64,000 nt of DNA from Eledone cirrhosa. Its lineage: Eukaryota. Positions 27,238 to 40,190 of this stretch are shown piece by piece. The notes under the pieces were generated by a model. The model ran no database searches and was not told the origin of the DNA. It saw only the letters and a list, made by a program, of their open reading frames with translations. Each line of letters starts with the position of its first letter. Position 1 is the first letter of the stretch. The stretch is taken from contig OZ024742.1 of NCBI GenBank assembly GCA_964016885.1, positions 324,694,001 through 324,758,000 on the forward strand, in the 5' to 3' direction. The translations under genes and the position numbers were made by a program.

Positions 27238-29247
27238 TAACATTAAATATAATGACAATCTTATTTATAGAGCGTAATACTTCAATATCTCTAATATGAA
27301 ACATAAGCATATCCAGTATCCTTGGTTATTATTGTTTGAACTCGTAACCTCTTCCGTACAGAGGGCATGTTAACCATTGCCAACATTATAAGGGTCCAGA
27401 TATCAGTTGCACGTAAACAGGGCCAAGAGCATCATGTTATCCCTTGGAGTGAGATCTTAATCTTATGTATACAAACACTTTGCTGTCGCTCCTCTCTTTT
27501 ACGCATATTTTGCTTTCCCTCTTTGACCATGCAATGTTCTACTGGTTCGTTTAATCACACAGCAAGTCTGCATCACCAAAAACCGATTTTTTAACCACAC
27601 ACCAAATACCGATTTTATGGAACTTCTGCATATTTGCTTCTGTGTTTGAGGATGAAGCAGTTTTCCCCGTCTTTTCCGGAGCTTTGAGTAGCATTGCAAG
27701 TAAAATAGTTGATTTTTGCTCTTATTTTTGGGATTTGACTAAATGTTTTCACTGTCTTTTCAGCTTTTGATGGCAAAGAGCCCTCGCATAGATCTTGTTG
27801 CTACAGGTGTAATCTGTGCTCATTCTTCTCTGTGTCGCCAGTCTTATTTCCTTTGTTGGGGGACTTATTTCCAGTGGGGAACTGCTTCGGAATGATACTG
27901 TGTTATTGAGAATGACGTACATCTCCTTGCTGAAGCCTTCTAGCCATATCGTTCGTCTTCATTGTGATGCAACGGGGACAAGGGGCAAGAGCTCAAAGTC
28001 ATTGTCAATTGCGCTGGCCGGCAAATCTATAATGTACAAGTTGATGTAGTGCGCTGTGTTTACAAGCGAAAGTGTAACACACTATTTCAGTTTGATGCCT
28101 TGTATCAGTCTCAGTACTGAAAATGAAGCAAATACTTCTGCATATCCTCCAACAATCAATGGAAGCTACAACTATTTTTTACATTGGTTAAGGTGTTTTC
28201 CGAACGTTAATTCGCAGCAAATTGAAAACCTCACATTCGTTTGGGAATAGAATATTTTCTACTTCTCAAGCACATGGATCAGTGTTTCGGATGAGGAAGC
28301 ATTTGAGTTGGTCACATATTTGTACACTGTCATTCCGCAAGGACGCCCATATTGCGATATTACTTGTTACTGGCAACAGTGGTTGTGGGAGGCTGTGGGA
28401 GTTTTTGTTGTTTTTATTTTCCCCATTAGTGTTTTTGCTTATACTGTTAGTGTGTGTCAACATACAAGATATACTTACCAGTGACAATTCAATTTCTTCT
28501 TGTACATTCTTAAATACAAACATTTCTGTTATTTTATGTTACATTTGTATCTTTTTTTTTCGGTGTTTAATTTTGAGGTCGTGCCCTGTATTAGCTTCGT
28601 TTGAAATAACTCACGACAGAAAAAGTTGTGTTTGGAAAATTAATGCTTTTCTTTTCTTAAACAGGAAAAAAAATAGCAGCATCTACATCTCTATTAACAC
28701 TACTCACAAACACATATGAACGTTAGAGAGTCCATCTTGATAGACCAAGAAAAACAACAGAAGCATCAATAACAGAAACAACAACAAAAGAAGCAATCAG
28801 CGAATGAACATACGATATGGTTGTAAAAGAGACACACGTCTAAAACAATATACACAATATGTGTATTATAATATAATTAAATAAAAAACGAATTCCATTG
28901 TTTTCAAAACACAATGCTATTAAAAAGGGAATCTATAAGAAAGTGAGACAAAATACGGAGAAATGAAATGAAAATAGAGTAATTGTATAAAGGAAATAAA
29001 TCTTAAAGTCTCCATTTTCGTTACAAAACAATGTGTTGATTTGTATGTCTGTCACTCTTTCACAAACGTTCATCTACCGTTTCCCTTCCTGCGTATCACT
29101 GGCTGTCTCTATGTCTATTGTAGATCACTCACTCCCTCTTTCCACCCCATTCTTTCCGTTTTCTACACACAAGCACACACACACACACACGTATGTATAT
29201 AGATACACACACACACACGTGCATATATACATACACACACACACATA

Positions 29248-29357
<110 letters not shown>

Positions 29358-29367
29358 TGTACAGAGT

Positions 29368-29408
29368 CCGAGCTGAAGACCCGCATAAGGTGAAACAATT
29401 GTTCTCGG
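29368..29408 (+). ncRNA. Minimal type I hammerhead ribozyme
   Basis: CCGAG-CTGAAGA-c-cc-gcataa-gg-t-GAAAC-AATT-GTT-CTCGG. Stem I is CCGAG/CTCGG, stem III is the palindrome ACAATTGT, and stem II is short. Lies in a TA-flanked segment at 29360-29500. Confidence 0.72.
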
Positions 29409-29839
29409 TATTGTGAACTAACTGTTGTGTTAGTACTTCTACCAAACTCATCCCACGGATGAGGGGTCTTCCACTACGGATATTACCTTCTAGTGTACCT
29501 CTATATATACATATATGTAAATATATGCATATAAAGTGGAACCTCGGTTCATGAATAATTGTTCCGAACATAAAACGTCTCAGTTGATGAACAGTGATTC
29601 GAGTAAAGAATACCAAAGCCGGCAAGGAACACTACGAAACGTGTAGAGGAGCTTCAGCATAGCGAAACAGTTCCTCCACAGGAAGAAGGCTGGATGAACG
29701 TCAATCAGGCCCAGACTACTCGTGAAGGTCGTGAGCTTGCGAGTGTATGGCCGGCGAGACAACCGGTGATTCGAGGATTAGGGCATCTGCTTTCGGGTCA
29801 TACGCACACACACACACACACACACACACCCACACACAC

Positions 29840-29885
<46 letters not shown>

Positions 29886-29922
29886 GCGCGCACACGCACA
29901 CACACACACACACGCGCGCGCG

Positions 29923-29980
<58 letters not shown>

Positions 29981-29990
29981 TACAAACACC

Positions 29991-30030
<40 letters not shown>

Positions 30031-30034
<4 letters not shown>

Positions 30035-30220
30035 GAGTCAGGATTCCGACGGCTGAGCTCCGGCCGTTTCGACAGCTAGTTCTAGTTCGGATCTAGCTGT
30101 CGAAACGGCCGAAGCTCAGCCGTCGGGGTTCTGACTCTTTTCATATCACCCATTCTACTACTCTAAGTATTGAGTACTCTGGTGCGTTATGGTCCCCCTG
30201 GTATCTTACCACACCCTCTT

Positions 30221-30227
<7 letters not shown>
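30031..30227. mobile_element. Hairpin element family H, copy 1
   Basis: Imperfect inverted repeat 30031-30079 / 30093-30141 plus the tail ctaagtattgagtactctggtgcgttatggtcc. (TA)n on both sides. Confidence 0.8.
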
Positions 30228-30270
<43 letters not shown>

Positions 30271-30285
30271 GGCAGTAGGACCAAA

Positions 30286-30358
30286 GCAAAATAGAGTTGC
30301 ATACAAAATAGAGTTGTATACAAAATAGAGTTGTATACAAAATAGAATTGCATACAAA
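30286..30358. repeat. 17-bp minisatellite (caaaatagagttgyata) x ~4
   Basis: Direct inspection. Confidence 0.85.
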
Positions 30359-30721
30359 AACATTATCTTTTCTATTTTCTATTTTCAGAGTTATCAGTAT
30401 GCTTGGGAACATCAGACAGAGGTGTTTCAAGATTTATTAATCTTTCATAAGTCAGAGACACTAAACTAATACTGGCATGGACATTGACTAGAGTCTAAGT
30501 AGAACTGTGCAGGAATATCACTGTTGAAAGATTAGCAAATCTTCAAATAGCGCTGTCTGACATTCCCATATAGCGTACTGGCAACTCTGTTATATATTCA
30601 CAGAGAAAATAAATTTTTTTTATATCGAGGCTACCCATATGTTTATTGTATATAAACGAATATTATGTTTTCGTATACAACACTGTTTTGCCTAAACGCT
30701 GTCTTGGTGCTACTGCCAATT

Positions 30722-30781
<60 letters not shown>

Positions 30782-30783
30782 GT

Positions 30784-30823
<40 letters not shown>

Positions 30824-31081
30824 ATGCGTCTGTGTTATAGTAGCAGTAGTATTATATTGTTTATATATATATATATACGTTTAAATTTGGTGGTTTACCG
30901 TTGGGTAGAATTGGTTCATTCTGCAATGTTAATCATGACGTAGTATGTGAAAAGCACTTGACGTTATGCAACTCATACATCTTTGATATTGAATCCTGTT
31001 GGTGATGCGGGAACGGAGTCTGTAAAGTAAAATGACAGTAGGCCAAATAGGTTGAATTTCCTTAATTATTTATTTCTGCCA

Positions 31082-31139
31082 ACACTATGCACATTTCAAT
31101 GGCCAGGTTGCGTTAGAACCTGGTGACATCGTCAGGTGT
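31082..31139 (-). ncRNA. Type I hammerhead ribozyme
   Basis: Minus strand: ACAC-CTGACGA-tgtca-CCAGGTT-ctaacgc-AACCTGG-ccatt-GAAA-TG-tg-CA-TA-GTGT. Lies in a TA-flanked segment of about 300 bp (30875-31165). Confidence 0.72.
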
Positions 31140-31269
31140 AAATTGCGTAATAGATGTTTACTTTATAATATATATATATATATATTATACTCTCTCTGTC
31201 TATTTCTGGTAAACTCTTACACCCATCATGCGTAATCTCTACTACTTATTTCTCTTTGTCTTCACGTTT

Positions 31270-31585
31270 CTGGAGTCTTATTTATTAAAAGAGAAATGAA
31301 GTTTAAAGTAGAAAGTCAGTCTTTTGATCATAGCTCTGATATTATGGACAATATGCTAGAATGTCTCAGGAAAGAATTGCTGGACAGATTTTACGGGCAA
31401 AACCAACACCAGGAGACCCGGGGTTAGGGCGGAGCAAGAGAGATTGATAACATTCATTAGTTCGGCTTGTCTTGATTAGGGATCCAGCCGGATCAATTGG
31501 AAGCGGTTGCTTTTGACGGGACTCGCTGGAAGGCGTGCTTGAGAACTCTGCCTCCAGAGCACAACCCTACCAGGAAGAAGATGAT
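31270..31585 (+). mobile_element. RTE-type LINE 3' fragment
   Basis: Frameshifted translation YGQYARMSQERIAGQILRAKPT...LGIQPDQLEAVAFDGTRWKACLRTLPP. Same family as 59790-59895. Confidence 0.65.
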
Positions 31586-31685
31586 ATATGAATTGTCTGC
31601 CGTGCGACGACCGAGAAGACCACATAAAAGAGTAGTACTCGATGCATGATATACATAGTTGACATCTCCCCACATATGCGCACGC

Positions 31686-32460
<775 letters not shown>

Positions 32461-32479
32461 TATATATATATACAGTATA

Positions 32480-32673
32480 TAACAAAGGAGCTGTGGTAAG
32501 GAACCAGATGGACCATAACGCACCAGAGTACTCAATACTTAGGTTAGTATTATAGTGGGTAATAAGAAAATGTATGACCCCGACGGCAGAGCTCAAGCCG
32601 TTTCGACGGCTATTTCTGGACTGAACTAGCCGTCGAAAGGGCTTGAGCTCTGCTGTCGGGGTCATACATTTTC
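32480..32673. mobile_element. Hairpin element family H, copy 2
   Basis: Inverted repeat spanning 32566-32673, with the same tail as copy 1 in the opposite orientation. TA-flanked. Confidence 0.8.
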
Positions 32674-32688
32674 CTATATATATATATC

Positions 32689-32762
<74 letters not shown>

Positions 32763-32772
<10 letters not shown>

Positions 32773-32975
32773 CCACTCTCAAGCATGAACCTAATTATAC
32801 TGCCTCTCTCTCTCTCTATATATATACCCCACTCTCAAGCGTGAACCTAATTGTACTGCCTCTCTCTCTCTATATATATATACCCCACTCTCAAGCGTGA
32901 ACCTAATTGTACTGCCTCTCTCTCTCTATATATATATACCCCACTCTCAAGCGTGAACCTAATTGTACTGCCTCT
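32763..32975 (+). repeat. 56-bp minisatellite x ~3.8
   Basis: ccccactctcaagcrtgaacctaattrtactgcctct at 32771, 32827, 32883 and 32939, separated by (CT)n(TA)n. Confidence 0.9.
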
Positions 32976-33016
32976 TCGCTTCGTTGTTGTTTTTTTGTTT
33001 TTTGTTTTCTGTTTTA

Positions 33017-33087
<71 letters not shown>

Positions 33088-33518
33088 CACTACCCATATA
33101 CATATATGAGTTGATTGGTAGATATTTTATAAAGGCCCATGAGACTCATATAAAGAAAACTGATAGATTTACCATTTGCTCTCACAGTCGAACATGTTTC
33201 ACATAGTTGTCCATGTAATACAATAGCGTCTCCGTATTCACACCATATAATATTGGTGCTGAAGACAAACGTGTATGTCTGAATAATGTTTTATCGACAC
33301 ATGGAAACTGAAGTAACCTATCTATAATCAATATCTTTATTACTTTAATATACACAATCAGAATCATACAGAAAATACACTGGTATGCGAGAGTACTTAG
33401 AACAGCAGATAGAATGATTGTGCTAGTTATCCCGGCCACTATCTCAGATTAATCTTGGACATTTTGGAAATAAGGTGTACCCGGCTCACAGTCTGGTTGA
33501 ATCTTTCTTGTTTTTTTA

Positions 33519-33604
<86 letters not shown>

Positions 33605-34751
33605 ATATGTCTCCCAATTTGCACCTCCTCTCACTCCCTTTGGAAATATGCTGTTCAAATTTTAAGTTTTGTCATTATATCTCAAAATCGATACTCTATT
33701 TCGGCAAAGTCGAAACACTCAATAAATTTTATATATATTTCCGATTTACTTACATATTTTCTTTTCAGCTTCATGCAACTATTTTCTATGGTTATTAAGT
33801 TTAGGACCCAGCACATGTAGTTTAATGACAATGGGGTGACATTCAGAGAGTCCATAATCCTCAAGGCGCTCGCGATCCTTGTTTCCAATGGTAAAATTCT
33901 CTTCTTAAAAATAATTTTCCTTTATATCTAAAATTCTGTAGTTTCAATTTCATTGTATGTTCCATAAAAAAAAAGATAAAAAACAATGTGAGTGATCGCA
34001 GTGAATGAATTATTGATCACAATTAATAAAATGTAAAGCAGTGAATCAAATTGATTGAAAACACCGTTTTTTGGTTTTCAAATGTCTGCTTCAGAAAATT
34101 AAGATTTATCGGTTGATTTCCTAGAGTAATAGAAGCAAAGCTGACGGCAGTTTCGTTCGTTGGTCGTGCTGATTATGATTGATTCAATGAAGTAAACAGA
34201 AGCCGGTGCAACAGAAATGGCTGTTACCACTAGTGTAGTATGGCGTGTTTCAACAGCCAATTAACAGGACACAATTAACATTTATTGATTTTGTTTGAAT
34301 AAATTAGCATCGTTTGTTGCTTGTTATAATTCAGCATACATGAAATTGTTTAATAATTTTATTAAAGACAGTTTTTGAAATAAAACAGACATTTTCACAG
34401 CGGACATTCGACACTTTATTAAATTTATTCAACTGATAAATTAAAATCTTGTACCCGGTCAGACCTCTCGTATCATATATGAAAACTTAAGTATCATATA
34501 TTGCAGTTAGTTTAGACAGAAGAAATATATCACAAGGTTCTTTACGAGCGGAAGATGCACTTTCCCTGTCATATTATCGCCTAACTTGAATCGTGAACAG
34601 CATATTTGTTGAATGATGTTGATATTTTCAGTAAAACCATCTGTAATTAAGTTTTGTGTGAAGTCATATTCCACATTTACTCGTAGTTTAATATGTCACA
34701 TACAAAGTTATAGAAGCTATCCTTGAGATGGCAATTTATTAAATTGTTGAT

Positions 34752-34908
34752 TTGGTGGATTGGCAGTATCGGTAGAGGATCCTTGCCATTCTGAGTTCAA
34801 ATCCCGCCGAGGTTAACTTTGCCTTTCATCCTTACGGGGTCGATAAAATAAAGTATCAGTAATGTACTGGGTAATTGCTGGCCTTGTGCCAAAAGTAGAA
34901 ACAATTAT
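34752..34908 (+). mobile_element. SINE family A, internally deleted
   Basis: A-box, B-box, body and tail. Confidence 0.85.
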
Positions 34909-35927
34909 ATTATACAGTTATAATCAATTCATCTCATGCGATATTTTGAATAATGAACATATTTCTTCGTAAAAGGAAATAATAATGCACACCAGAAAAA
35001 AGTTATTTGATAACTTAAAATGAATAATCATTTTTATTAGAAATAAATATTAACAATTTATGAAACCACATAATTAGCTGCATAGTAAAACATTACAATC
35101 TGCAAAAATTAATGATTTATGCGATTGAAAAGGGTTAAGGTTTTATAAATTAACAGAAAAATATGAAATTAAATTAACATATGCAGATTTAGCAGGCCTC
35201 CTACGGAGTTTCATCTTAAAGCTGATTTTCTCAGCGGATTTAAAGATGGTGGATGCAGAGATATCACGAAAAACAACACGAAATGAAGAGTCTCACTTAA
35301 TTATACAATGCACTGACCGAGTGCATGGTTGCACACGTCCAAAACCCTAACAACTTTACCACGTGGAATATTAATTAAAGCAAAGGCTGTATTAATAGCA
35401 GTGGTAGTTCTTTCCATTTACTTTTTATCGACAGCGGGAATGAGAGTGTTTCTTTGTTCTTCAGTTGCAAGTTGATGAATAGTCCTACAGAATTACGTCC
35501 CTTTACGTTCTGAGTTCAAATCCCGTTGAGGGTAGTTTTGCTTTCATTAGATGGTCGATAAAATAAAGTGATTCGATTTAATCGACATTCCTTCCTCAAA
35601 TTTATTGGCCGTGTGCTTGAATCAGAAACCATTATTTATTAGCAGAGGTCTTCTAATCCAACATTTCAGAAGTGTTGATTTTCATATATCTTATATAAAA
35701 AGGAAAATACGATGCCAGCTGCGGATCTCGACGCATTTAAAATAATCAATTCTCGATGCATAGACCATAACATCTATCATTAAGATAATTTGTGACGGCG
35801 AGTATTGTTTGAGGACACTTCCCCCACGACCCTCTCAGGATTAAGTAGGCGAAGAAGAAGAAGAGTATTGAAAGGTAAATAAATATATGAAAAGAAAAAG
35901 AAATAGACAGAAACGTATATGTTTGTT

Positions 35928-36118
35928 TGGATTGGCAGTATCGGTAGAGGGTCAGACGCCATGCTTTGACGCATAGAGTTACGGCCCTTGCCATTCTGAG
36001 TTCAAATCCCGGCGAAGTTAAGTTGCCTTTCATCCTTACAGAGTCGATAACATAAAGTACCAGTAATGTAGTGGTAATTGCTGGCCTTGTGCCAAATGTA
36101 GAAACAATTATTATTATA
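35928..36118 (+). mobile_element. SINE family A
   Basis: A-box, B-box, body and tail. A more degenerate copy lies at 35485-35640. Confidence 0.85.
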
Positions 36119-36177
36119 TTATTTCATTTAGAAATAGAACTATATCTTTATGCGAAAAAAATGCATATATGCTGTAT

Positions 36178-36311
<134 letters not shown>

Positions 36312-36564
36312 GTATATATATGTATATATATATATTCGAATGAAACAATTCTAGTCCAGTTGAAGTTATTTCTATATTAAATATTCATATTCTGCTATGT
36401 ATTGAGTACCTTACTTACTGTGGTTACCCCTGATTGAACCCGGGATACACACACACACACACATGTATATATACAAGTAAAGGAAAGTAAATACCAAAGG
36501 CGTTTGTGCTTCTCCACATGCATAGAATAGTACCCTGTCTGTGGTTCCCCCGTCTCGCCATCGC

Positions 36565-36613
<49 letters not shown>

Positions 36614-36617
<4 letters not shown>

Positions 36618-37021
36618 ATCTAAGGCGGGTAAAATTCCCGAGATCCATGGACGAGTTCTCTCCAGCGGTCTCTGTCCCTCATTATCGCTGCCATATCCTG
36701 CATCTCCAACAGACCAGTGTCTGTCCTTAGGGCATCAACATATGTTAACCTTGGTATTCCTCTTCTAGTGTGTCCATGTAGGGGCTCCCAAAGGAGCACT
36801 GAGTGCAATGTCAACTCTGAATGTCGGTGAGCATGTCCAGCCAACCTCAGTCTCCTCTGTGTCACTTTTGAGCTGACTTTTGGGATGCTCCCATACAGCT
36901 CTGAGTTTTTCATCCTCAGTGTATGCTGTATGGGTCTGAGACTTGGACACTGACCAAGAGACTCACTCAGATGGTGGATGGGTGCTACACGAGAATGCTG
37001 AGGATGGCTCTGAACATTAAT

Positions 37022-37026
<5 letters not shown>
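36614..37026. mobile_element. RTE-type LINE 3' fragment with an inverted 5' segment
   Basis: Minus arm 36620-36912 reads NSELYGSIPKVS...RRLRLAGHAHRH...LLWEPLHG...RDRDRWRE. Plus arm ~36914-37026 reads LYGSETWTLTKRL...DGCYTRMLRMALNI. Confidence 0.88.
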
Positions 37027-37081
<55 letters not shown>

Positions 37082-37083
<2 letters not shown>

Positions 37084-37233
37084 CAAAGGAATTGTGGTAA
37101 GGAACCAGATGGACCATAACGCACCAGAGTACTCAATACTTAGTGTAGTAGAGTGGGAAATATGAAAAAATAGCCGTCCAGAAATAGCCATCGAAATGGC
37201 TTGAGCTCTGCCGTCGGGGTCATACTTTTTCCT
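37082..37233. mobile_element. Hairpin element family H, copy 3 (one arm deleted)
   Basis: Shares ggaaccagatggaccataacgcaccagagtactcaatactt and ggcttgagctctgccgtcggggtcatac with copy 2. Confidence 0.8.
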
Positions 37234-37561
37234 ATATATATATATATATATATATATTAGTGAAAGAAGAGGATCAACCGCAAGCTCAGCGGTTTCGGCT
37301 AGTTACCATCTTATAACTTTCATCATAAACATTTCTCAAATTTAAGGGAAATGAGAAGAGAGTAGGGAGGTAGAAAGGAAGAGGGGAAAATGAGGAGGAA
37401 AGAATAGGAAGTAAGCTGAGAGGCGATATAGTGGAAAACGAAGAAGAGAAAAACAGGAAAATATAAAAAAGGTAAAAGATAAAAGAGACGATATGGCAAA
37501 TAGCACAGTCTAGTGGATATCTAGAGTAGGGGTCACAAGGCCAGGTCACAGGTAGAAGACT

Positions 37562-37775
37562 AACATAGGCTCTGTTGCACTTCAAGACGAGAAGGGTAAA
37601 CTCTCCAAATATCGGTCACTCTCCAACAGGTTTTTGGCGAGCCCGTAGCTGGTTTCCTTGGCCCTAAGACCACCTCCCTACTCACCACCATCGACACAGA
37701 GTTGGCTGAGCGCAGGTGTGAGCCTCGTGCGTCTCCTTCACCATCCTTCGGGGAAACCCCTTCTCTATTCTGTCG
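37562..37775 (+). mobile_element. Degenerate CRE-like non-LTR retrotransposon C-terminal fragment
   Basis: Nucleotide and peptide similarity to 55195-55440 (KLSKYRSLSNRF...FLGPKTTSLLTTIDTELAERRCEPR...VSFTILRGN). Confidence 0.7.
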
Positions 37776-38310
37776 GGGCCGCGGGGCAACCAGCGCGTGA
37801 CCCCCATTTGCTCATAATAGTGAGAGACGGGAAGAGCGAGGGACAGAGGCAGTGACAGTGGAAGTTTGGTTCCATTGTGTTCGGACCTTGTGTATATATA
37901 TGTATTTATTTACCACACCGCATTAATACGACCACAAGTGTCATCCAGTCCCTATAACTTAATAGCAAAGGGGGAAAGGAAGGAGGGGAATGGTGGTTAG
38001 AGGTGGAGGGAATCAGGATGTTCATCACGCATATACACACATATATTGCCCCTTCACACACACACACAAACACACACAAACATACACACACACACACACA
38101 CACACACACGGGGTAAAGGAAAGGAGGCTGAAGCGGAAGAAAGAAAGGATGGGAAGAAGAGGGGGGGGGGGGAGAAAGAAGGGAAGAGAAATAATAACAA
38201 TAGAGTCATAGAGTCTGGTCTCGGGGCCAAAGATAAGATAAATAGCAAAGAGTTGACAGCAATTGTGAGGGGGGGGGGAGGATAATATAGCTGGAGGATG
38301 AGGGTACTCG

Positions 38311-38480
38311 TTCAGACGTCACACATATACTCCCATACACTTTCAGATGTCACACATATACTCCCATACACTTTCAGATGTCACACATGTACTCCCATAC
38401 ACTTTCAGATGTCACACATATACACACACACATACACTTTCAGACGTCACACACATACACTTTCAGACGTCACACGCATA
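38311..38480. repeat. 31-bp minisatellite (ttcagaygtcacacatatactcccatacact)
   Basis: About 5-6 units that decay towards the right. Confidence 0.85.
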
Positions 38481-39136
38481 CACACGACGGAAATTAGAAT
38501 TTAATTTTAAAAATTAAATCAAAAAATTTAAATAAACTAAAAAATAAAATATAAATAAGTGAAATTTTAAAAAAGGAAATTAAGTTAAGTTAAAATGAAA
38601 TAAAACTAAAATAATAAATAAACAAAGAAAGAACGAAAGAAAGAAAGAAATGAAGGCATGAATAAATAGAATTTGAGTGGAATAAATAAAATGAAGAACA
38701 AATGAAGAAACAATTGAAAACCAACTTGAATCTAAGGTAACACGAAGAAGTACAACGTCGGTGAGAGACAGGCAGAAGGAAGTGAGTTCTCATATATGAA
38801 AATAATTAGGGTGCACAGGAGTTTCGGGATTGGAGGTGTAGGGTAGCTGGCATATGAGTGCTAGAGTGGGAGAAGTAGGCAAGTTCATTTATTTCCTCTC
38901 AGGCAAAAACATGTTCGGTCTTCTTGTGTGCTTGTCGGGTTCACAAGAAGACGACCATGTCTTTGCGTGCACCATATCTAATAAACGTAAATTCGTCTGA
39001 TGAAATCACACACATACCAGCAACAAATACAACAACTGCTTCTTGAATTACATACCGGTTACCATTGAAATCTATACTATAATAATTATAATGAATATAC
39101 GCTTTATGTAAATACAACCTCTTTCTTAATGATATT

Positions 39137-39199
<63 letters not shown>

Positions 39200-39356
39200 T
39201 TGGTGCTCTGAAATAGCGATATATATATGAATGTATATATAGTGTATTTTGCAATACACTGTATGCTTAATTAAAAGCATTTCGAAGACCTTATGCTATT
39301 GTTTTAGAGTAGTGACAGTCTCACTTACTTTAATTTTCAGCAAACAGGGGAGATAA

Positions 39357-39400
39357 AGCTGACAGAGCTCTGTTTCGCATTTTTTATGCTTATCAAAGCT
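39357..39400 (-). ncRNA. Type I HHR, U3:A8 core variant
   Basis: Reverse complement of AGCT-TTGATAA-GCAT-aaaaa-ATGC-GAAA-CAGAGCTCTG-TC-AGCT. Confidence 0.78.
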
Positions 39401-39569
39401 AACTACTTCTCCTGTTTGCTGAAAATCATGAATGTTTGATTCTTATAGAATTCTTAGTAATAATCAGGAACTGATTATACAGAACGGTTGCTGGTCAAGC
39501 AGAAATTGAAAATTAGAATTGGTGCTCAAATCAAACATTCATGATTTTCAGCAAACAGGAGGAGTATTT

Positions 39570-39932
39570 AGCTTTGATAAGCATAAAAAAATGCGAAACA
39601 GAGCTCTGTCAGCTTCATCTCCCCTGTTTGCTGAAAATTAAAGTAAGTGAGACTGTCACTACTCTAAAACAATAGCATAAGGTCTTCGAAATGCTTTTAA
39701 TTAAGCATACAGTGTATTGCAAAATACACTATATATACATTCATATATATATCGCTATTTCAGAGCACCAATTCAAATTTTCAATTTCTGCTTGACCGGC
39801 AACCGCTCTGTATAATCAGTTCCTGATTATTACTAGAATTCTATAAGAATCAAACATTCATGATTTTCAGCAAACAGGAGGAGTAGTTAGCTTTGATAAG
39901 CATCAAGAATGCGAAACAGAGCTCTGTCAGCT
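39570..39932 (+). ncRNA. Two type I HHR copies, U3:A8 core variant (39570-39614, 39889-39932)
   Basis: AGCT-TTGATAA-GCAT-loop-ATGC-GAAA-CAGAGCTCTG-TC-AGCT, with an extended stem I ATTTTCAGCAAACAGG/CCTGTTTGCTGAAAAT. Confidence 0.8.
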
Positions 39933-40057
39933 TTATCTCCCCTGTTTGCTGAAAATTAAAGTAAGTGAGACTGTCACTACTCTAAAACAATAGCATAAGG
40001 TCTTCGAAATGCTTTTAATTAAGCATACAGTGTATTGCAAAATACACTATATATACA

Positions 40058-40092
<35 letters not shown>

Positions 40093-40151
40093 ATATTTGG
40101 GGATGGTTATCTTACGAAAAAATACATATGTATATATATAAACATTTGTGA

Positions 40152-40190
<39 letters not shown>

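Larger units (their letters stand above)
39193..40069. repeat. ~319-bp HHR-bearing unit with a central inversion (retrozyme-like family R2)
   Basis: Left arm 39193-39527 (about 1 unit), inverted right arm 39529-40069 (about 1.7 units). TA-flanked and shares sequence blocks with the 310-bp unit. Confidence 0.92.

Noticed and set aside
27367-28719. Cluster of short ORFs on both strands
   Set aside because: No recognisable domain, and there are stops in all frames.
29575-29650. HHR-like TTGATGA...GAAACGTGTA
   Set aside because: U3 without a compensating A8, and stems I and II are out of register.
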